A DNA stretch of 64,000 nt, taken from positions 24,043,175 through 24,107,174 of the forward strand of contig NC_092677.1 of the NCBI RefSeq assembly GCF_964355755.1, given 5' to 3'. This stretch comes from Antedon mediterranea. Its lineage: Eukaryota > Animalia > Echinodermata. Under the pieces are notes generated by a model. The model made no database searches. It was not told the origin of the DNA and was given only the letters and a program-made list of their open reading frames with translations. Shown piece after piece: positions 55,542 to 64,000 of this stretch. Position 1 is the stretch's first letter. Every line of letters starts with the position of its first letter. The position numbers and the translations under genes were made by a program.

Positions 55542-57032
55542 TAGACGTATTTATGAATGATGATGAATAGAGACCTTACTCTCATTTGAGACACCCCTAC
55601 CCTGTATTCAAAAGGACCATAGAGAACAGCGTCCTGTAAAATGATAATAGGATAAAATGTTTTTTTAAAAAACACTGCAACCAACCCCTATTCAATTCAA
55701 GGGAAACCCTTGTATTATAGGGGCCACTTTTTGAGTCCAAAAGTTGATTCACTTTAGACAGGGGGGGGGGGGGAGGCGTTTATTCAAAGCGGGACGTTTA
55801 TTTTAATAAATACAGTACAGTGTACTGTACAATAGCAAAGTTAATGATAAGCAAATTGGAAGATTTATTCTCTTTTTAATTGATTTAAATTTTGATGCTG
55901 CAATTGTAGTGTATAATTTAGATCAACTTGATTAGGAAAAAAAAATTATTTCCAAACAATACTCAATATTATAATCATAAAATTTGAATTTTAAAAGTAA
56001 TAAATAAGCAAATTATGATAGTTATGAATAATTATTGAATTTAATTGATTAAATTTATGATGCAATAAAGAGCAAAACAACAAGATTATCAAAGAAATTA
56101 TATTTTTGTGACTGACTTTTTCTTGGGTATTAAATACTATAGGAATAGGAAGGGCACTATTAGACATAAAACTGGCTGTAATGTATACGGTTTTCTGGGT
56201 GGTATAAAGTAGAGTCCTGAGTGAGTCAAATAAATAAACAATAATGTATTGAATTAACAGAAAGATTATGTTAAAAGTTCATGACTCGTTAAAATCTGCC
56301 ATCTTGCCTTTGCTATGTAATGAAATATTCAAAATTCTATTTTATTTTGCCAATTAAAATTGAAAGGAGTACTTTTTCAAAATGTTAAAATGTATATTAA
56401 TAAATTATTACTATATACAATATTTATATTATTTAAAACAATCAATATATTAAAAACAGACATGAATAACATATTTGAAAAGCAACATATAAGAATATCA
56501 AAAATACTATAAACATTACATTATACAGTATAAATAAATATCCTTTATCTTTGCATGTGTTAAATATACACCAGATCTTAATGTTAATGTGTGGTACAAA
56601 GTAACTGTGTTCCAAGTACCTCTAGGGCCCAATATTCCTGTCAAAATCATTGATGCATCATCACAAAGTATTGTAGCATTGTTGAATACATTTTAATGAA
56701 ACTATTTTTATTTTTATTTTAAGTCATTTGAAATAAAACTTTGTTTGTATGACCTACTGTACTGACCAAATGGTAAGTTTTAACAGAAATTCCTGTGCAA
56801 ACAACTCAGTAATTTTCCTTGTATGGTGCGTTTACGGAATCTGAATTTCCGGGGACGTTCCCAGAAAACTGGGTAATAATCATTTCGAGTGACCGTCTGG
56901 ATTTGTAGGCCGGAGTTGACCCAGCAAATTTGCAGGGTACGCACCGATCCTTCAGGACTGTGATCTTGATTAAAACAAATGATTAAATTTCTATGCAAAT
57001 GTTAATTGTTATCCGGTGGCGTTCAGTGTTCA

Positions 57033-57281
57033 TTTTTTTTTTACCATATTTAATGAGGGTGATCCATCCAGCAAATACTGATCATTAGGGACCCTCAGAG
57101 GTTCACAAGACAAACATATACAGTACACAAGATGCTCTACATTAAACCATAGTCTTAATCAAGTCTTTGGGAGTGGAGTTGAAATTTTGTTCTTAGAAAA
57201 AATCCTGACATGTGATGGGACTTGAACCCAAGACCCTTGGAGTGGTAGCTAAGCATCATAACCACCAAGCCACAACTCCAC
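57033..57281 (-). mobile_element. tRNA-derived SINE, family 2
   Basis: Reverse complement of 47608-47860, with poly(T) at the left end. Confidence 0.85.
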
Positions 57282-57568
57282 TATAGATTTAGAGGATCTT
57301 CTGGTTTTCTGGTGCCTTCAGCAAGTTGTGGGTGCTTAAAATGAAGCATGAAGTTTCAACCACTTACTAAGGGGGTGTAGCGTAGTGTAATAACTGTCAG
57401 AGGTCCGGTCGTCATATTAGGTGTTTGCTGGCTTGTGTCCTTAAGCAAGGCACTTTACTTTGATTGCTTCTTTTGTAAATGGGCATCTGGCAGGGTCAAA
57501 CACAATTGTACTGACACAATTGGACCATGTTTGATCCAATGACTTTTCACTCACATTTTCCTTTCTAA

Positions 57569-57777
57569 AGCTTTGTGTACACTATCAAACTAATTTGATA
57601 AAAGTGTGATGTGTGCCTAAATATAGTAGTGATATGCTCAAATATGGTAGTGATATGCCCAAATAGAGTAGTGATATCATCCTGTCTATATAATTAAGGG
57701 CACATCACATTTTTTGGTCACATAAAGAAAGTTTGAATTTAATTGAATTGAATTGATACTGTAGTGTAGACAGAGCT
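57569..57777. mobile_element. AGCTCTGTCTACAC-family MITE
   Basis: AGCTTTGTGTACACTATCAAA ... TAGTGTAGACAGAGCT with three 21-bp internal units. Confidence 0.75.
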
Positions 57778-57857
57778 ATGTCTGTCTCTATACTTTCTAA
57801 TGTGAACTTCTAAATCAATGGCTACGGACAAATCAGATAAATAATTCACTATATTAA

Positions 57858-58205
57858 AGATATATTGTCCCCCTAAAAAAATATTTTTTTAAATTTTTTT
57901 GTTGAATGTGTTATTTTAATGTCACATAATAGTTATTCACTCTCACAAAAAATTGGGTCTAGTGAAAAAAATTTATTTACCTGAGAAAAATGTAATTTAA
58001 AGCAAAAAAATGGTCAAATTGTCTGGAAGACAATGAGTTTTTGGGTAATTTAACTGTTTATTTTGTCTTTTTATAGGTGAAATATTTTTTCCCCCGTTTT
58101 TTTTTCTTATGGAAGTGAATAACTTCATTAAAACTGCAAAATGGCCTATTCAAAGTCCGATTTTAAAAATCTTTATTTTTCATGATTTTGGGGGACAATG
58201 CATCT
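57858..58205. mobile_element. Kolobok-type MITE (inverted copy of 46045-46370)
   Basis: AGATATATTGTCCCC / GGGGACAATGCATCT; TTAA TSD. Confidence 0.85.
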
Positions 58206-58417
58206 TTAAGGAATATTATGTTGAAAATTAAATAGGAAATTACTTTTAATTCACTTAAACATATTGTATTTTATTTGTTTTCTTATAATTTTCTATAAAT
58301 TTCAGTTATAATGAATTTTGATAATTATGTTTAATTAATTAATAGTTATTGTCAGCTCATGAGTACCATTTGTTTCAAAAACAGATTTTTAATAACAGTT
58401 TGTTTTTTTCCTAATAG

Positions 58418-58444
58418 GTTAAGGAGCAGGTAAATCAATTAAAG
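58418..58444 (+). CDS. Candidate 27-nt host-gene microexon (VKEQVNQLK if phase 0)
   Basis: Acceptor TTTGTTTTTTTCCTAATAG| and donor AAG|GTAAGA; length divisible by 3; open in frame 0; lies in non-repeat DNA. Confidence 0.5.
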
Positions 58445-58542
58445 GTAAGATTTTTTTAAATAATAATTAAAATTATCTCAGTATATATCACTATATCACA
58501 AATTCTATTAAATAACTCTGCACCAATTATTGATTGATGATA

Positions 58543-59940
58543 CAGTAGAACCTTCGTTTTACGTACCCTGATTTTACGTATGCTTAAAATAACCGATGAC
58601 ATCATCATTTTCTTACATTGAGGGCGCAATTTAACAACAACAAATCATAATAAAAATGGCTGTGTGTGACCAGCTACACACGTGCATTCCCCAACAGCAA
58701 CGACTGTTTTTATTGATAGAAAATACAAGAACATTGATATTTTAATTTACACTTTATTTAAACATCGCCAGCCTGTATATACTGTACTTTTTTAGTTAGG
58801 CCTCACATCTTGCTAGGCCTGCTAGCCTGGCCAGGCCGCGATTTTTTTTTTCGTACATAAGTTGGGGACTCCCTCATGAAACGTCACAAAATAAACATGA
58901 ATAATTCATCAGTTAAATTTTCTAGTTCCGTGTGCACCCAAGCGTATAGCAACAAGAAGTGATTACACAAGTGCGGTACGATTCTAGGCCTATCTCCGCT
59001 GTTGTTGCGGCGTGCGATTTCATAGAAGAATAGCGGCGTTTTGTGTGGATTGTCGAAATAATCAGCCTTTAGTTTATGGTGTTTTTAATATAATTTATTA
59101 CTAAAGAATTACGTGTTAAAATTATATTTTCTATTAATACTATTAAGCCTAATTATTAGTCTCTAAACCCATGTCTATTCTAGTAGTAGCTGTGTGGGTG
59201 TGTGTGACGTGTGTGTGTTAGGTATGACCAAAGATAGTTACACTATTTTTGGTATGACACAATCCGAGTAATAAGTCAGCAAAATTAAACAATAAACATT
59301 ACACAAAAATAGATTTTTTATTCTTGTGGGTCAAATCTTCCCATCTCATGTGTTCATATACGCGCATTTTTAAAGTTCCTTTGAGTACATGCATATTGTT
59401 TGATAATAAAATAGCAGAATTAAAAAAATACAGTACACAAATTATACACATTCTTTATTCTTGTGGGTCTAAGCTTTCTTTGGGCTATGTCCAATGAATT
59501 ACTACTTAGTTTAATGTCTTGCCTAGCTGTCGATTAGCCTCGACTCGACACATTTTGTGTGAAGAAGAGTGCGCGAAGGCAATCACGTGAATTGACTTAG
59601 AATCCTAGGCCTACTGTAGAAAGTATCGTATCGCAGTTGTGTAATCACTTCTTGTTGCTATACGCACACGGAACAACAAATTTAACTGATGAATTATTCA
59701 TGTTTATTTTGTGACGTTTCATGAGGGGTCCCCAACTTATGTACGAAAAATAAAATCGCGGCCAGGCCTAGCTAGTGACCACCTGCATGCTGTATAGTAA
59801 AGTAGGCAAACACGGTAGCCTACAGTAGCTACTAACTCTACGTATTTGGGGTCAATTTAAGGTCAACCTTGATTTTATGAATCCTGTGTTTTACGTACGC
59901 CTTTCGGTCCCGTACCGTACGTAAAATGAAGGTTCTACTT
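58543..59940. mobile_element. Tc1/mariner (Tigger-like) non-autonomous element
   Basis: TA-CAGTAGAACCTTCGTTTTACGTAC / GTACGTAAAATGAAGGTTCTACTT-TA. A fragment of its right end recurs at ~41210-41270. Confidence 0.8.
58835..59763. mobile_element. Nested long-inverted-repeat (foldback-like) element
   Basis: ~155-bp arms GGCCGCGATTTT..CGTACATAAGTTGGGGAC..GTGATTACACAA mirrored at ~59605-59763; no clear TSD. Confidence 0.65.
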
Positions 59941-61363
59941 TATTTACAGAGGAATGAGACATTTTAGTTTTTTACATTATTAAAAAAGCCAAATTTATTT
60001 ATATTAATTATAATATTTTAATAATTCACTTCTGATGAAAACACTGTTTTATTTCAACTAATATAATCTATTTATTTGTTTGTTATCAATGGCAACAAGT
60101 TTTAATTGTAAGATTGTTTTACACTACTACCATACCATACCATAGAAGATCAATTGTTACCCGATATACAGTGATTTCACTAAGTAGCCTGTAATTTACT
60201 CTAAGCTTTGTTCTAGCATATTTGCCCACAAAGTTCACACAAATACAGTGTGCTGAAAAAGTCTGCTGGTCCTTGTAATATGTATACATGTTGCAGGGCA
60301 CAGGCTCAACTGTGATTGGCTGTTTAAATGTATTGCTCTGTGATCCAATTTCATTGGCTGGAGTTCATCTGACCTGGACAGGTTCAAGATTATCCTTGAG
60401 TAAGCCATCTGTATTAATCTGTACAGATGTTCAGAAATTAGTTTTCTTTAATTATTATAAAATATAATTAATATTTAAGTTAAAAGGATTATAATAGAGA
60501 AATATAATTATATTATTATAATTTAATAAATACTGTTCTATTATTTTCTGGTTTGAACAAATTGACAATATTATGTCAAATAATTTTTTTTTAGTTTAGT
60601 TTTTTTTATTATCTAAACTAGCTCTTAAAAAACAACTACTATGATTGTTTTAAAATTTCTCCGAAAACATGAACAGTAAATAATAATGTTACTCTAGATA
60701 AAAAAAAACTTTAGATTAGGTAATTTTGTAGTATTGACTTTTGACAAAAAATAGAGAAAATAATAAAAATAATGATTTTTCTTTAAAAATTAAAAAAATT
60801 CTGAAATTTAACTGGCAACCCATTGGCCTGTAGAAATCTTGTGGTTGACTGATATTTTACGTTAATTTTTTTGTATCGATTCATTTTTTGTGGTTATGTT
60901 AAGTAATGAGGACCAGACAAAAAACAAAACAAAAATGTTTTATAATCATGGAGGTATAAATACCTCCATGATTATACCATATTTTTGTCAGTGATGTAAA
61001 AGGATGCAAATATGAGGGCAGGCTCTATTTTTAAATGTATATCAGAAGATATGAAATAATTTATTTCAATATTTCATTTTTAAATGTTAAATAATACTGT
61101 CTGTCAAGTATACTGTACAACCAACTACAATTTCAGGAGACAAATAAATATTTTCAATGTATTTATAATTACAGTAATTATAATTGAAATAATTAATTAA
61201 TTGAAATATCTTATTTGTTTCCTATATTATTCAAATTTGTTAGGTTTCAATTCTATTTATGTAAAAGGAGAGCTGCTCTATACCAACAAATATCCACCAC
61301 AATTAATGATTTAGGACTTCTATCAAACAGGAGTATTTTTAGATGATTTTTTACATGTACTGT

Positions 61364-62012
61364 TGAGTGAGTGGCCGAGCAGTTAAGACAGTGTAACGTA
61401 ATAAGTAGCCATAACAGCGGCAAGGGATCTAGTGGTAGAACAAGTCTTCTCGGATATGGACTAAAAACTGTAGGTCCAGTGTACACATCTAGCTCATGTG
61501 CACTCAAGAACCTAGTTCATCTTTCGAGACGAGTAGGAGATTCTATGGAAGGCAATCGCCGCGAAAAATACAAAAGTAAAATAAACAATGTACTTTCACA
61601 AACGAACAGCCTACTTTCACAAACGAACGATCTAAATTAAAAAATGGACGAGTCCTTAGTTCATTCGGCAATCTACATCGTTTGGTAAAGCAGGTTGTTC
61701 GATTATCAATGTACGTTGTCCGTTTGTAAAAAATACGTTGTTCGCGTAAAAGTAGGCTGTTCGTTTTTTAAAGTACGTTGTTTGTGTTACATTAGTTCGT
61801 TCGTTTGTGAAAGTAGATTGTTTATTTGTGAAAGAAGGTTGTTCGTTTGTGAAAGTAGGTTGTTCGTTTGTGAAAGTACGTTCTTTGTTTTAGTTTAGAT
61901 CGTTCGTTTCGTTTATGAAATTACGTTGTTCGTTTGTGAAAGTACGTTGTTTGTTTACTTTTGTATTTTTGGCGGCGATTGCCTTCCATAAGATTCCCCT
62001 AGTGTATTAGAC
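61364..62012 (+). mobile_element. SINE family 1 copy split by a DNA-transposon insertion
   Basis: Head and core at 61364-61543; the SINE resumes CCCTAGTGTATTAG after 61996. Confidence 0.8.
61544..61990. mobile_element. IS3EU-like non-autonomous element
   Basis: TIRs TATGGAAGGCAATCGCCGC / GCGGCGATTGCCTTCCATA; exact 6-bp TSD AGATTC; internal inverted arrays of TACTTTCACAAACGAAC. Confidence 0.8.
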
Positions 62013-63115
62013 ACACACACCCATTCTAAATAAATAACAAATTCACTGGCTAAAGAGAAAGAAAGAAAAACCTACAGCAATGAGCCCTCTATTTTTACAT
62101 TTATTAAAAGTACCATACAAGAAACTGCTTAAATAAAAAGCATGCCCTCTATTTATTTTAAATGAATGAATAAATAAATCAAAGCCTATTTATAGTATTA
62201 AAACAAAAACAAACAAACAAAAATAGATCTTTTTAATGAACTGTAATTAAACCATCTTTATCTTTTTTTTGTTTAGTTTAATTTAAATTAATTAATTTAG
62301 ATCTATTTTATTGATTACTGAATACAGTAAGCCTATGTTTGGTACACAACATTATTGTGATAAAGAATAAAATAAAAAATAAAATTTTACACAAAAAGAC
62401 ATTGACATTAAAAAGGAAAGGTGATTATATTTCAAATGTCTACTAAAACATGACATAAAGAAGGTGTTACGGAAGGAAGTCAAGTGTAAAAGGTCAAATT
62501 AAATTGACCTAAACATTTCCCCTAGAACCTGTTTGTCAAACATTATACTCAAAGGAACATAGATATGCTAACATTTATATTTCTTTATTAAGACAAAGAA
62601 AGTTGATATTTTGTCAATTATAAAATGGGTTTATCAGTGTAAAGTGTTGTCTCAATGGTATACACTAGGTAACTTAGTCACTTTTGACTAGCCTACTTGG
62701 CGACTATTTAGAAGAAATCATGGTTTTTTTTTGCCCATGACTCAGTCTACAAGATCTTTTATCGGAAGGAAAGTTCAGAAAATAAAATAACTAACAACAT
62801 TTAAAATTGATTGTTTGAAATATTTGGAATACGGAGGTTACATACAACAAATATATACCACACATTTTTTCTATAAATCTTTCAGCTTCATCACCTGATA
62901 CAGTACAGTATAGCGTTTAGGTGTAGGAGTTGTACACGGCCAAATCACAGATATTTAAACACATTTATTTTTGTTCTCATTGAATGCCATTTTCACCCAT
63001 TTTTATGAATAAATGTTATTGATTTGATGGCCAAACACGTCAAGATAAAAAAATTAACAAAAAAGATAGATTATTGTTAGTTCAGACATGGTAGATTAAG
63101 TACAGTACTGTATAA

Positions 63116-63422
63116 AGCCTTGTCTACACTATCAAATTTTATGTGACAAAAAAAATGTTTCTAGATGTCATTTAACTACCATATTTGGGCATGTCACTAC
63201 CATAGTTGGTCATCACTACCATATTTGGGCATATCACTACCATATTTAGGCATATCACTACCATATTTAGGCATATCAATACCATATTTAGGCATATCAC
63301 TATCATATTTAGCCATATCACTACCATATTTGAGAATATCACTACCATATTTGGGCATATCACTACCATATTTGGGCATATTAATACCATATTTGGTTTG
63401 GGTTGATAGTATAGACAGAGCT
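63116..63422. mobile_element. AGCTCTGTCTACAC-family MITE (Harbinger-like) with expanded 21-bp minisatellite
   Basis: AGCCTTGTCTACACTATCAA / TTGATAGTATAGACAGAGCT; TWA flanks; about 10 copies of CATATCACTACCATATTTGGG. Confidence 0.85.
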
Positions 63423-63784
63423 TTATTATGCCTTGTCCATTTGGCACTCACCTAAAACATTGGATATCAATTGATGTAAAAAAAATTTTTTTTAAAGTTA
63501 AATGTGCAAAAGTGCAAAAGTGAAAGTCAATACATTTATTATGTTAAAAATTCATTAAAAGATTGACACATCATACTTACTGTATTTATTAATAAATTTG
63601 TGTGGGATTTGGAATTAAAATAAGATTACATTCAACTTTAACATTACTGTACTAATGATTTATATCAATTCAAATGAAGAGTTTAACCTAATAATATTAT
63701 GTAAACTGAATTTATCACAAATACAATAACATCATGTTTAAGTGTAAATTATTCCATTTTAAACATGTTTTCGTACCAATGAAC

Positions 63785-64000
63785 TTTTGCCTACCCCAGC
63801 GTATTAGTAGGCATTAGTTATCTGTGAGTTGACGTCACATCTTTAATCTCATCTTATAGCTTGTTTTCTTTAAGCATTGACAAATGATATTTCGTATTGT
63901 TATAGATTACAAGGCTTCATCTTTACACTAGGACCCATTTCTATTGGCAATGGTTTTAGACCCGTTGCCAATATAAGTCAGTTTAATGTACTCACAAATT
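63785..64000 (+). mobile_element. Possible 5' end of a further HINE-like element, running off the window
   Basis: T-run followed by hairpin TGCCTAC...GTAGGCA, the same architecture as the other caps; no 3' end visible. Confidence 0.3.

Noticed and set aside
63165-63455. ORFs with 7-aa repeats (MPKYGSD, LPYLGIS)
   Set aside because: Translation of a 21-bp minisatellite inside a MITE.

Overview
AT-rich eukaryotic (metazoan, probably marine invertebrate) genomic DNA made almost entirely of transposable elements. There is no prokaryotic operon, rRNA or CRISPR array. The left 28 kb is one rolling-circle transposon system. It contains an apparently intact autonomous Helentron/Helitron2 (left end outside the window, hairpin end at 14613). 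Its single 3065-aa ORF (minus strand) carries, in order: an N-terminal hydrophobic helix, a PHD finger, a herpes-tegument-like (C76/VTD) cysteine protease, an OTU protease, basic repeats, HUH Rep, PIF1 helicase and an APE endonuclease. Directly after it is an 11.7-kb head-to-tail stack of eight non-autonomous HINE units from two subTIR families, at least one pair apparently nested, and then one complete stand-alone HINE. The right 36 kb looks like intron or intergenic DNA. It holds MITEs with readable TIRs/TSDs (Harbinger, hAT, hAT5-like, Kolobok, Tc1/mariner-pogo, IS3EU-like, Crypton-like), three tRNA-SINE families, L2 and RTE 3' fragments, minisatellites and one candidate 27-nt host microexon. 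All family assignments come from motif recognition by eye, not from database searches.
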